Of a stretch of DNA of 64,000 bases, positions 48,536 through 57,707 are shown in pieces. A program made the position numbers and the translations under genes. The stretch's first letter is position 1, and the number at the start of each line of letters is the position of its first letter. Source of the DNA: Nitrospinaceae bacterium (GTDB lineage Bacteria > Nitrospinota > Nitrospinia > Nitrospinales > Nitrospinaceae); assembly GCA_965237905.1 (NCBI GenBank), contig OZ250172.1:64001-128000 (forward strand). Direction: 5' to 3'. Below the pieces are notes generated by a model. That model had not been told where the DNA came from and did not search any database. It worked only from the letters and a program-made list of their open reading frames with translations.

Positions 48536-49602
48536 GCGCCAGCCTCCTTTAAACGGTTGCGCATCTTTTTGAAGCTCGCTAGCAAGCCGAGAGAAATCAC
48601 GCTGAGGATGAAAAAGAAAAGATATTTGGGCAGGAAATCCCACCACCAGTCGAAAAATTTGGTGTACAGAAAAATCGTGAAAAAAGTAGCACCGATATTG
48701 GTAACGCCGGTGTAATGAAAACGAATACCCATCCAGATCACTATTCCAGCGCAAACCAATCCCAGCGTCTGGTAGATGATTTCAAGCGTGTCATTCTCCA
48801 TTAACGAATAACTGCAACGTCCACAATGGCCCATAACAAGAAGCGCAATGAAAATCGATAGCAAGCCCACCAGATGGTAAAACCAGGGGAAATTGTAATA
48901 TTGCCGGTGTTTGAAAATATGAGGCAGGCTCACCATGATGGCTCCGGCAATGATGAAATTTTCCGGCCGCTCGCCGAACGAAAGCCAATAGAGACCCGAT
49001 ATCGTTCCCACCGTCGCCGCAAGGTAGGCGAGGATGCACAGTAATCCGGCCATTAATATCAGTCGCAGTCCTAAGTGATAGGCCACCATGAGCGCCATCA
49101 ACCCCCAAATTAAAAATGCTTTTGGGGAAGGGGTGATGTTGAAAATGGTTCCCAGAACGCTGAGGTTCATCACAAAGCACACGAAGGCCAGTAACCCCGC
49201 GAGCGTGGCATAATAAAGCGTCTTTTCTTTTCCGGCCGCGAATTTCATTCCCAGCAGAGCCAGCAGGGGAGTGACTATCAATATTCCGATTTGCACCCAG
49301 GTGGGGATCAATCCCCAGAACCGGTAAAAGAAGAAAAAGACACTGGCACACAGGGCCAATCCTCCCAGGAACGTGAGAATGCGCATGCCCCAGGAAAGCT
49401 TTTTCTCGGTAACTGAGGAATCGGTATCAAACCGATTACTGAAATCGTCAATCAGGCGGGAATGATACTGGGAGACCGAACTTTGATCCTCTTGGGATAT
49501 TTCAACAATTCCCTCGGACTTGAGAGCCGCCATCTCCTTTTGGAACGCGTGGATCCGGTCAATCCGCTGTTGTGCCTGTTCTCTATTGGGAGGATGTTCC
49601 AT
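48532..49602 (-). CDS. DUF2157 domain membrane protein
   Basis: AQQRIDRIHAFQKE N-terminus followed by about 10 TM helices and KFFDWWWD..PKY. Confidence 0.75.
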   Translation of the reverse strand: MEHPPNREQAQQRIDRIHAFQKEMAALKSEGIVEISQEDQSSVSQYHSRLIDDFSNRFDTDSSVTEKKLSWGMRILTFLGGLALCASVFFFFYRFWGLIPTWVQIGILIVTPLLALLGMKFAAGKEKTLYYATLAGLLAFVCFVMNLSVLGTIFNITPSPKAFLIWGLMALMVAYHLGLRLILMAGLLCILAYLAATVGTISGLYWLSFGERPENFIIAGAIMVSLPHIFKHRQYYNFPWFYHLVGLLSIFIALLVMGHCGRCSYSLMENDTLEIIYQTLGLVCAGIVIWMGIRFHYTGVTNIGATFFTIFLYTKFFDWWWDFLPKYLFFFILSVISLGLLASFKKMRNRLKEAGA

Positions 49603-49680
49603 ACTTGTTAGTATAAGACATGGATGGCACAAGCCAAGGATTTATGATACTTTGTAAGATATTGTTTAATTAAGGATTAT

Positions 49681-50523
49681 ATGACGCAAATCAACTCCCT
49701 CAAAGCTGAAGAAATCGATGGACTGGTAAAACTGGCTCTGGCGGAAGATCTCGGTTCCGGTGACATCACCACCGACGGCATTTTGGTTCAGGATGACGTC
49801 GCTACCGCAGTGGTGACAGCGAAGGAATTCCTGGTTGTGTGCGGATTGGACATTTTTCGGAGAGTTTTTTTGCATTTGGATGCCGGTACTAAATTTCCCG
49901 GATCGACGCTAAAAGATGGATCGGAGATTGCGGCTCATACGGAGATCATTCAGGTCAAAGCCAAAACCTCCGCCCTGCTCAAGGGAGAAAGAACAGCCCT
50001 CAACATCGTACAGCGCTTAAGCGGGATTGCCACCCTGACGCGGAAATTCGTGGATGCCGCTCAACCGGTGACCATTCTGGATACCCGAAAAACCACCCCC
50101 GGTCTCCGGGTTTTTGAGAAATATGCGGTCCATTGCGGAGGTGGGACCAATCATCGGTTCGGACTGTTCGATGCCGTTTTGATCAAGGATAACCATATTA
50201 AAATAGCTGGAGGGATCACCTCTGCAATCAACAGGATACGAAATCAGTTCTCAGGTAAAATCGAGGTAGAAACCGTAAATCTGGACGAAGTCTGGGAAGC
50301 CTTGGAAATGGGTGCGGACATCATTATGTTGGATAATATGGCGCCTGAGACCGTTAAAAAAGCCGTGGCACTGATAGATGGAAAGTCGAAAATCGAGGTT
50401 TCCGGATCTATGGAGCTTGAAGGACTGAGCCGGTTCAACCAGTTGGGAATAGACACCATTTCGGTAGGGGCTCTGACCCACTCGGCGCGGGCGGTGGATA
50501 TCAGCATGAATATCCGGACCTGA
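49681..50523 (+). CDS. nadC: Nicotinate-nucleotide diphosphorylase (carboxylating)
   Basis: Motifs EDLGSGDITT, ERTALN, DTRKTTPG, NHRFGL, IKDNH and MLDN. Confidence 0.97.
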   Translation: MTQINSLKAEEIDGLVKLALAEDLGSGDITTDGILVQDDVATAVVTAKEFLVVCGLDIFRRVFLHLDAGTKFPGSTLKDGSEIAAHTEIIQVKAKTSALLKGERTALNIVQRLSGIATLTRKFVDAAQPVTILDTRKTTPGLRVFEKYAVHCGGGTNHRFGLFDAVLIKDNHIKIAGGITSAINRIRNQFSGKIEVETVNLDEVWEALEMGADIIMLDNMAPETVKKAVALIDGKSKIEVSGSMELEGLSRFNQLGIDTISVGALTHSARAVDISMNIRT

Positions 50524-50604
50524 CGCGAAACAGCAAAACCCTGACACCCCGGAGGCTTTCCGGGTGTATACTGACGGCTCTGGAATAATGGAAAAGGAAA
50601 GCAC

Positions 50605-51033
50605 ATGCCCTGCAAAGATACGACAGCTTTGATGACGGTCCGGGTGGATCACCATGATTTTTTGATCGGTTACGATTACGCCAAAATATCGTGCTCCAAA
50701 GCCATTGGGGACGGTCAGAGTTTTCAGCAATACTGCGAGGGAAAACCTATTCAGCAAATTCTCGACTGGGAGTTTTTCCAAATTCTCCAGGATTTGCAAT
50801 TGCCGGAAGAGGATACTGAAAACCAGTTTTTAGTTTATCTGGAATGGTCGGCCCTCCGGTCCGCCTTGATCCAATACCTGGGCCGGGAGGATGATGTGGA
50901 TACCGAACACTTTGAAGTGGCCTCCGTGGAGTACAACGATCAGGAAGTCCAGATCATTCAGGTGATCCGCCCCAATACCGATCTACCCAAGATCCAATCC
51001 TGCTTCAAGCGATCCCGCGAAGTTCCCGGTTAA
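50605..51033 (+). CDS. Hypothetical protein
   Basis: 142-aa acidic ORF with an AAGGA RBS. Confidence 0.65.
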   Translation: MPCKDTTALMTVRVDHHDFLIGYDYAKISCSKAIGDGQSFQQYCEGKPIQQILDWEFFQILQDLQLPEEDTENQFLVYLEWSALRSALIQYLGREDDVDTEHFEVASVEYNDQEVQIIQVIRPNTDLPKIQSCFKRSREVPG

Positions 51034-51458
51034 TCTTCAGGCCATAAACGTACCGGCCGGACATACCCCTGCGAAAAATCCTGATCGTAATTCTGAGAAA
51101 CTCCGCTTTGATAAGAAAAATAAAATGCCGCCTGCTGATCGAACGGCAGGCACCAGGAAGCGTTTCCGCATTTGGGTTCAAATAAGGGGGATATATTGAG
51201 AACCTGGTTCGACCGACCCACCAACTCCAATTCTGGGGAAAATAAACTTTCAATCTCTTCTCTTTCCGCCATTCTCCAGTCGTGAAATCCCAGATAGTCA
51301 TCCTTGTTTAATTTATCGATGAAAGCCAGAGCCTCCTGGAAATCCATCCAGTCCTGTTCAATTTGAAATGAATCCTTCTTGCACCAGGCCAGGCCGGTTT
51401 TATGATCCTGAATCGTGCCGTCACCATTATCTGTAAATTGATTTTGCTGGTTCATCAA
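51030..51458 (-). CDS. DUF1566 (Lcl C-terminal) domain protein
   Basis: Motifs FTDNGDGTIQDHKTGLAW, YLGFHDWRM and YVRPVR. Confidence 0.85.
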   Translation of the reverse strand: MMNQQNQFTDNGDGTIQDHKTGLAWCKKDSFQIEQDWMDFQEALAFIDKLNKDDYLGFHDWRMAEREEIESLFSPELELVGRSNQVLNISPLFEPKCGNASWCLPFDQQAAFYFSYQSGVSQNYDQDFSQGYVRPVRLWPED

Positions 51459-51680
51459 TTGCCACCTTTTGAATTGGACTTATGCCGCTTTAGAGCCCTA
51501 TAAACTATCGCATTAGAAAAAAATTGTGAAGATAAATTTTCAAGGGTGAGCCTGCCCGATAATTGGACTGGACGAGTTGAGAGGAATCTTATACAGTATG
51601 GCCTTCCATTTACAGAACCAGGCGTTTATCCAGTTTAAATAATTGTTTCGAGTTATATATTCGGTAGAAAAGGTGAGGCG

Positions 51681-52223
51681 ATGCGGGGAAATAAGGCACT
51701 TTTAAAGATCGGGTTGGTCGGACTGTTTCTGAGTCCGGCCATTGCTCAAGCTTCCTGTGGAGAAGAGATCATCCCCTTGAACCTTTATGAAGATATATCC
51801 CTGTATTCGCTGATTGCCGGATTCGTTTTGGTTTTCGCTGCTATTTTCCTGGAAAAGAAACAGGTTAAATTGGGTTTGGGTGTAGCGGCAGTGTTGCCCT
51901 TTTTAGCCTGGGGTTATGTCAACTTTTTGGTGGATTACGACAAAATCCGGAAAACGATTTTTAATTATAACGTGCAGGCGGAAGCGACTCTGGCCAACAT
52001 CGCGGAAGCGCAGGAGAGGTATCAATCCGAACAAGGCAACTTTATCACCGACCTCAAGGTTCTCGAGTCGCATCTTGCCGGAGCGCATGGTATGGACGAG
52101 TGCGTACGGATTGTTGAGTTGAACGCTTCTTTCGAACACTGGTCGGCGGTGGCCCAGCATTACTCCAGCCCCGATACGGTGCGATGGGACAGCATCAGCG
52201 GCAGTTCGTTGAAAAAGGGATAG
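51681..52223 (+). CDS. Hypothetical membrane protein with a pilin-like helix
   Basis: Signal peptide, two TM helices and AEATLANIAEAQERYQSEQG. Confidence 0.7.
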   Translation: MRGNKALLKIGLVGLFLSPAIAQASCGEEIIPLNLYEDISLYSLIAGFVLVFAAIFLEKKQVKLGLGVAAVLPFLAWGYVNFLVDYDKIRKTIFNYNVQAEATLANIAEAQERYQSEQGNFITDLKVLESHLAGAHGMDECVRIVELNASFEHWSAVAQHYSSPDTVRWDSISGSSLKKG

Positions 52224-52247
52224 AGACTTTTTGGAAAGGGTAGGGTT

Positions 52248-52640
52248 TTATCCTATGTTCCAGTTGCTGACGATTCCGCTCAAAGAGACCATACCCACCA
52301 CTTGATTACTTTCAATCACCATCGCGTAGGAAACATTGAAGTTGGTCAACAGCCGTGCGGCATAGGGCACCGGCATACTTGCGGGGACTGACAACACCGG
52401 CTTGGACATGATTTCATAAACGTGGGTTTCGTGGAGTTTGCGTCTTTGCGAAATAACTTTGCGGGCGATATCTTTGAGGGTCAGGATGCCAAACACATCG
52501 GATTCATCCCGGGGCTCGATCAACATGGCGTTGAGATTTCCCTCTTTCATCATTTTGAGAGCCTCCGCAACCCGGGTGACGCCGTCGATTTTTTTAAAAT
52601 TAGGCATCATGACCTGGCTGACCAGCCTCGTTTCACTCAT
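52248..52640 (-). CDS. Stand-alone tandem CBS domain protein
   Basis: Motifs VSQVM, FGILTLKDI, VYEIMSKPV and VVGMVSL. Confidence 0.9.
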   Translation of the reverse strand: MSETRLVSQVMMPNFKKIDGVTRVAEALKMMKEGNLNAMLIEPRDESDVFGILTLKDIARKVISQRRKLHETHVYEIMSKPVLSVPASMPVPYAARLLTNFNVSYAMVIESNQVVGMVSLSGIVSNWNIG

Positions 52641-52663
52641 TCCTTAGACTCCGAATCTCGATC

Positions 52664-53011
52664 TTAGATGTAATGGTCTTTCGCGTCTTTTCCCAAAATG
52701 GGAATCTGGCTCTCCATGCCAATGGCGCGGTCGACCGACCAGCAAAAAGCGATTCCATTCCCGCGTTCTCCCAACTTTCCAGCCTGATAGATGGCATCCA
52801 TAATTTGATCGGAGTTGAAATCCTCTACCAGAAACAGCAGCATGTCCTTCTGGGTTTCCATCGCCAAGCCGAAAAACGATTTCTGATCGCGTACCCCTTC
52901 TCCCCGCGCATTCAGAATAGTCGCTCCGGTGGCGCCTGCTTTTTTGGCGGCTTCGATGACCTCGTCCTGATAGTCATCGTTCACCAACGCCAGGATTACT
53001 TTAAAACGCAT
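52664..53011 (-). CDS. P-II superfamily signalling protein (non-canonical)
   Basis: 115 aa with AGATGATILNARGEG and GNGIAF..VDRAIG. Confidence 0.88.
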   Translation of the reverse strand: MRFKVILALVNDDYQDEVIEAAKKAGATGATILNARGEGVRDQKSFFGLAMETQKDMLLFLVEDFNSDQIMDAIYQAGKLGERGNGIAFCWSVDRAIGMESQIPILGKDAKDHYI

Positions 53012-53029
53012 AGCAACCTCCTAAGGGTT

Positions 53030-53839
53030 TCATTTCATTGCTGAATCAGGCACCCTTGAGAAAAACCGTTCTTGGATCATAGCATACGCCAAAACGCTTA
53101 TCATAGGGAAAAGAGAGGCGAACGCGATCAGTCCGAAGCCATCCAACAAAGGCGAACTGCCGGGAACATTCGACGCCAATCCCAATCCCAATGCCACCAG
53201 CAGCGGTACGGTAACTGTCGAGGTCGTCACGCCGCCGGAATCATAAGCCAGAGGAACGATGAACTTGGGTGCAAAATAAGTTTGAATCATGAGAATCACA
53301 TAACCGGTGATGATGTAATAGTGAAGCGGAGTACCTTCTATAATCCGAAACGTCCCCAGCGCCACGCCGACTCCCACTCCAAACGCAACCGCTAACCGGA
53401 GGCCCAATGTCGAAATAGCGCCGGTGGAAATTTCCTTGGCTTTTAACGCGACGGCAATTAAGGCCGGCTCCGCCAAAGTAGTCGAAAACCCGATCAGAAA
53501 TCCAAATAAAATCACTTCGACATAAAATCCGGCACCGAGCCGTTTACCGTCGCTTAGGGCATCCAGGGTAGGGGAGCCGTCCGTCAGGAATTGCGGATCG
53601 GAAAGTTGTTGCGCCATGGCTGTACCCAGGGGAAAGATACATTCCTCCAGCCCGACAATAAACACAGCCAGCCCGAACACCACCATTCCCATTCCCGCTA
53701 GCATTTTTCTCCAGTGGGGTAGTCCCTTGCGAATGACGCCCCATTGAAAAAACGCGAACACCAGAAGGATTGGAAGAATATCCATCAGGGTGATGCGTAG
53801 CGAGTCGTAAATAATGTCGAGATAATTAAGTTCTTGCAT
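53030..53839 (-). CDS. DUF1538 family membrane protein
   Basis: Motifs FPLG, TTLAEPAL, LAYDSGGVTTSTVTVP and DGFGLIAFASL. Confidence 0.88.
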   Translation of the reverse strand: MQELNYLDIIYDSLRITLMDILPILLVFAFFQWGVIRKGLPHWRKMLAGMGMVVFGLAVFIVGLEECIFPLGTAMAQQLSDPQFLTDGSPTLDALSDGKRLGAGFYVEVILFGFLIGFSTTLAEPALIAVALKAKEISTGAISTLGLRLAVAFGVGVGVALGTFRIIEGTPLHYYIITGYVILMIQTYFAPKFIVPLAYDSGGVTTSTVTVPLLVALGLGLASNVPGSSPLLDGFGLIAFASLFPMISVLAYAMIQERFFSRVPDSAMK

Positions 53840-53842
53840 GGT

Positions 53843-54589
53843 TCAACCTGGACCGAAAACAAAAATACCGTAAAGCATCACGAACAAAATGGGCGTCAAA
53901 CTGGCCAGGGCGATCAATCCAAATCCGTCGATGATCGGGTTTCTTCCCCGTATGGAGGTGGCCAGACCGATTCCCAGCGCGGTGATCAAGGGTACGGTGA
54001 TGGTGGAAGTGGTAATGCCTCCGGCATCATAGGCGATGCCGATGATTTCTTTGGGGGCAAAGAAAGTAGCCAGTACAATGAGTGAATAGCCTGCGAGAAT
54101 AAAAATCACCAGGGGCCAACCTTTGATGATGCGTATCACCCCGATCGCCCCGGCCAACCCCACAGCAAAGGCCGTGGTCAGGCGCAGTCCCCAGACATAC
54201 TCAGCAATCGATTCTTTTGTTCGGTTGATAACCCCGGCCTCGGCGGCAATCTGTCCGGCTTTCTGGGAAATCACCGTTAATGCAGGCTCGGCAATGGTGG
54301 TGGCGAATCCCAAAGTAAAACCGAACAGGACGATCCAATAGACGTTTCCTTTTAATGCAAACTCAACAGCCAGCCTTTCGCCGATAGGAAACAGGGCATT
54401 TCCCAATCCTTGGATAAAAATGAACAGGCCGATGACGACCAGAACAAATCCGAAAAGGGTTTCTTTGAGGTGGGGGAAGGGTTTCTGGATTACCGCCAAT
54501 TGAAAAAAGGTGATGACCAGAAGTATCGGCAGAACATCCAAGAAGGCCTGGAAAAATTTGGAGGCTAAAAATCGAAAGGTCTTAACCAT
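53843..54589 (-). CDS. DUF1538 family membrane protein
   Basis: Motifs FPIG, TTIAEPAL, IAYDAGGITTSTITVP and DGFGLIALASL. Paralog of the next gene. Confidence 0.88.
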   Translation of the reverse strand: MVKTFRFLASKFFQAFLDVLPILLVITFFQLAVIQKPFPHLKETLFGFVLVVIGLFIFIQGLGNALFPIGERLAVEFALKGNVYWIVLFGFTLGFATTIAEPALTVISQKAGQIAAEAGVINRTKESIAEYVWGLRLTTAFAVGLAGAIGVIRIIKGWPLVIFILAGYSLIVLATFFAPKEIIGIAYDAGGITTSTITVPLITALGIGLATSIRGRNPIIDGFGLIALASLTPILFVMLYGIFVFGPG

Positions 54590-54717
54590 TGCTGGCCATG
54601 AATAACCAGGTGCTTACCCGGAAGAAGAAGCATTGTGGCAAGAGAGGCCGTGGCGAGATAGCTCAGTGAGGAATCTTACTGCAATCCGGGAAGGTATGAG
54701 AGGTCAGGAAAAAAGGA

Positions 54718-54990
54718 TTACTTTTCCGAAGACTCAGGGGACTCGCTCACCTCAGCTGTTTCGCCAGTGCTTTCAGGAACTGCTTTCGGATCCTCGGCGC
54801 CCTCAATACTTCCCTCGGTTTGATCTCCGGCAGCAAGCTCTTCCTGTTGCTCGGCATCCTTCATGGAAGTTTTGAAGTTTTTGATACTTCTGCCAAAAGC
54901 ACTACCAATTTCCGGAAGTTTTCCTGCCCCAAAAATGATCATTATGATGACCAGAATGATCATTAATTCCGGAAAGCCTAAACCCATCAT
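54718..54990 (-). CDS. tatA: Twin-arginine translocase TatA/E
   Basis: GLGFPELMIILVIIMIIFGAGKLPEIG..FK. Confidence 0.93.
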   Translation of the reverse strand: MMGLGFPELMIILVIIMIIFGAGKLPEIGSAFGRSIKNFKTSMKDAEQQEELAAGDQTEGSIEGAEDPKAVPESTGETAEVSESPESSEK

Positions 54991-55128
54991 AGTAATTTCT
55001 CCATCTGAACATTAATATTGAGTGCCCGAGTATAACAAAAATTGTTGGAAAACCAACCTTTTAATGGTCTTATTTGCTAGAGTGGGTCGGCAAATACCTT
55101 TTAAAATCAAACTCATTGGATTGAGATC

Positions 55129-55626
55129 GTGAATCAAGACTTTATATTGGAATTATTTTATTCCCTGCATGGGGACTTGGATCAAATCAATGCGGCGATC
55201 GATGCCAAGTTGGGTTGGGACGGCTCGCGAAAAATTACGACCTTTGAATTGTTTATCAAAAGCCGTATCAGCCGGAATGCGAAAGCTCTGAAAATGGCGA
55301 ATATGGAAATCAATCCGTATGAAGCAACCTATTTGAGCCTTTATCCAGATTTATCCGAGGTGGAATTTCTCGATTTGAGGAAGAATTTCCTGGGGGATAC
55401 CGGATTGCAAGCGATCGCTGTGTCTCCGGTTCTAAAAAATCTGAAGGAGCTGGATTTGAGAAATAATCAAATCACCCGTGTCGGTCTGGAATTTCTTTCC
55501 CGGAACACTACCTTAACTAAGCTGGAAAAATTGGATTTACGATCCAATAAATTTGGCAAGCGGTGGGAGGAGAAATTAAAGGAAAGTGATCGGCTTCCTC
55601 ATTTAAGAGAAGTAAAAACGTTGTGA
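55129..55626 (+). CDS. Leucine-rich repeat protein
   Basis: Motifs LDLRKNFLGDTG, LKELDLRNNQI and LEKLDLRSN. Confidence 0.82.
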   Translation: MNQDFILELFYSLHGDLDQINAAIDAKLGWDGSRKITTFELFIKSRISRNAKALKMANMEINPYEATYLSLYPDLSEVEFLDLRKNFLGDTGLQAIAVSPVLKNLKELDLRNNQITRVGLEFLSRNTTLTKLEKLDLRSNKFGKRWEEKLKESDRLPHLREVKTL

Positions 55627-55638
55627 CTTCCGAGCTTG

Positions 55639-55932
55639 TCAAATAATCTCCCGGGTTTTATTCTCACGGATTTTCTGAATCATTTTTTCTGCCAGCTCCT
55701 GGGCTTTCACCTCATACGTTCCGTTGGCAAGAGAGACCTTGTATTTGTTGACCAGGTCCTGCCTGATTTCAGGCGAACCTTCAGTCTTATCCACGACACT
55801 CTTTAAAACCTCCTGAAAAGACGCTTTTTGAGTAGGCAGGTTTTCAGAATCCTTTTTCGAAGGAACTTCCTGTTCCAATCGCCGAGGCGTCAGGTTTTTC
55901 CCAGAAGTGGAATTTAAGTAAAACTCATTCAT
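55639..55932 (-). CDS. flgM: Anti-sigma28 factor FlgM
   Basis: C-terminal PEIRQDLVNKYK..LANGTYEVKAQELAEKMI. Confidence 0.8.
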   Translation of the reverse strand: MNEFYLNSTSGKNLTPRRLEQEVPSKKDSENLPTQKASFQEVLKSVVDKTEGSPEIRQDLVNKYKVSLANGTYEVKAQELAEKMIQKIRENKTREII

Positions 55933-55975
55933 CGCGGGTATTTGTATTCCTCCATAATTTTACTTCTCTGTATAT

Positions 55976-56003
55976 TTTTCGGCTTTTTGTGAAAGTTTCT
56001 TGA
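55976..56003 (-). promoter_or_regulatory. Sigma28 (FliA)-type promoter of flgM
   Basis: TCAA-16 bp-GCCGAAAA on the minus strand, versus consensus TAAA-N15/16-GCCGATAA. Confidence 0.6.
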
Positions 56004-56121
56004 GGGTGGACCAGGTAGGATCCTAGAAAAAGGCAGATGTAAATCCCCGATAACAAAGGCAAACTAACATTAAATGTAATTTAGTATTGCTTCCAACCAA
56101 TTGAATTTATATACTTTATTT

Positions 56122-56196
56122 AACTGGTTTTTCTCCTGATGAGGGCTTGCTTGAGGAAAAGTCTCCCCGCCTCCCCAAGTGAGCCCTTACTTTTTG
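56122..56196 (+). ncRNA. Candidate small RNA (hairpin with C-rich loop)
   Basis: TTGCTT-17-TATACT promoter at 56087-56115. A stem of about 16 bp (56142-56157/56172-56187) is followed by a T-rich tract. Confidence 0.4.
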
Positions 56197-56302
56197 CCTT
56201 GAATTCCCATTCCTTAATCCCATTTCTCCGGATGCCGTCACCGCATATTGATTTCTGCGAAAGTTTGTTAGAATAAAAAGTCACTATTCAGGGAGAAGAT
56301 TT

Positions 56303-56515
56303 ATGACCCATCAAAATATTCATGTGGAAGGAATGACCTGCGATCATTGTGTGGAAACAGTAACCAAGGCGGTTCATTCCCTCGCTGGAATCAGTCAGGT
56401 ATCGGTAGATCTGGAGAAAGACCAAGTCAGCGTGGATTTCGATGAAAACCGGACAGATCTGGATGCTATTTCTTCAAAGATTGTTGAGGTGGGATTCGAA
56501 GTGGTTTCGAATTAA
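56303..56515 (+). CDS. copZ: Heavy-metal-associated (copper chaperone CopZ-like) protein
   Basis: VEGMTCDHC motif, 70 aa. Confidence 0.9.
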   Translation: MTHQNIHVEGMTCDHCVETVTKAVHSLAGISQVSVDLEKDQVSVDFDENRTDLDAISSKIVEVGFEVVSN

Positions 56516-56529
56516 ATCTTTTCAAATAT

Positions 56530-57675
56530 TCAGGATAGATATTTTCCAACTTCCACGAAAACCGTTTTTTCAATGCCCTCACGAATAATTCTAAGGCGCA
56601 CTGATTTTCCTACACGAGATTCGGCAACGAGTTTTTGCAGGCTTTTAGAATCGAGGACGATTTGCCCATCATAAGAAATAATAATATCGCCCTGAAGTAA
56701 TCCGGCCTTGTGTGCCGGCGCTCCGGTATTCACGCTGTTGACCAACACCTCATCTTCTCGCGAGACCGCAAAGGACACGGCCAGCTCCGGGGTCAGTGAT
56801 TGAATCCCCACTCCCAGCCATCCCCGTTCCACGGTCCCCTTATCGATCAGGGAATCCGCAATTCTAGCCGCCATTTCCATAGGGATAGCAAAGCCAATCC
56901 CGGATCCGATCTCTGCAATAGCGGTATTGATACCAATGACGTTCCCATCCAAATCGATTAAGGGTCCACCACTGTTTCCCGGATTGATCGAGGCGTCGGT
57001 TTGAAGAAAGTTTTCAAATGTAGCGATTCCTAAATCAGACCTATGGGTGCCACTGATCACACCCACAGTCACCGTGCCATCCAATCCATAAGGGTTTCCA
57101 ATGGCCATGACCCATTCACCCACTCCCAGGTTTTTGGTGGAACCGAAAGAGGGCACGGGAAAACTTGAAAAAGAGAAAATTTTAAGAACAGCCAAGTCCG
57201 TGAGTGGGTCCACTCCAACCACTTTTGCGGAAAATTCCCTCTGGTCCATCAGTTTGACCATGATCTCGTCCACATTCTCGATCACATGATAATTGGTCAG
57301 AATATAACCCCGGGAATCGTAAATAACTCCCGAACCCAGATTTTCCACGAGGTATTTCTTCTTGAGTGAATCAGACAGCCAACCCTGAAATTTGTTTAAC
57401 CAGCCATCTCCCTTACGGAGCTTTCTCTTCTTGGAGGGCATTTCCACCAGCTCGTTGACACTCACTACGGTAGGTTTTAACTGCTTGGCATTGCGGATGA
57501 ACGCATTCTGCAGTTCGACGATATCTTGATAACCTTCAAGGTCATCATAAATACTGGGTTGCAGACTGACGGGTTGGGAGGAGGGAAGGGAGGTTTCGTG
57601 TCTTCCATTGTTATAATTGATGAGCGCGGCACCCCCGACTAAAAGAAAGAAGACCGCTAAAGTGATTTTTTTCAT
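56530..57675 (-). CDS. HtrA/DegP-family trypsin-like serine protease with PDZ domain
   Basis: Motifs TNYHV, DLAVLK, QTDASINPGNSGG and one PDZ domain. Confidence 0.93.
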   Translation of the reverse strand: MKKITLAVFFLLVGGAALINYNNGRHETSLPSSQPVSLQPSIYDDLEGYQDIVELQNAFIRNAKQLKPTVVSVNELVEMPSKKRKLRKGDGWLNKFQGWLSDSLKKKYLVENLGSGVIYDSRGYILTNYHVIENVDEIMVKLMDQREFSAKVVGVDPLTDLAVLKIFSFSSFPVPSFGSTKNLGVGEWVMAIGNPYGLDGTVTVGVISGTHRSDLGIATFENFLQTDASINPGNSGGPLIDLDGNVIGINTAIAEIGSGIGFAIPMEMAARIADSLIDKGTVERGWLGVGIQSLTPELAVSFAVSREDEVLVNSVNTGAPAHKAGLLQGDIIISYDGQIVLDSKSLQKLVAESRVGKSVRLRIIREGIEKTVFVEVGKYLS

Positions 57676-57707
57676 TTCATATTCTCAAGTTCGCTTTATG
57701 CATCGTA

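Noticed and set aside
56136..56165. CTGATGA...GAAA...GTC resembling a hammerhead ribozyme core
   Set aside because: Stem II lacks the closing R-Y pair before GAAA and stems I/III cannot be formed. A simple long hairpin explains the sequence better.
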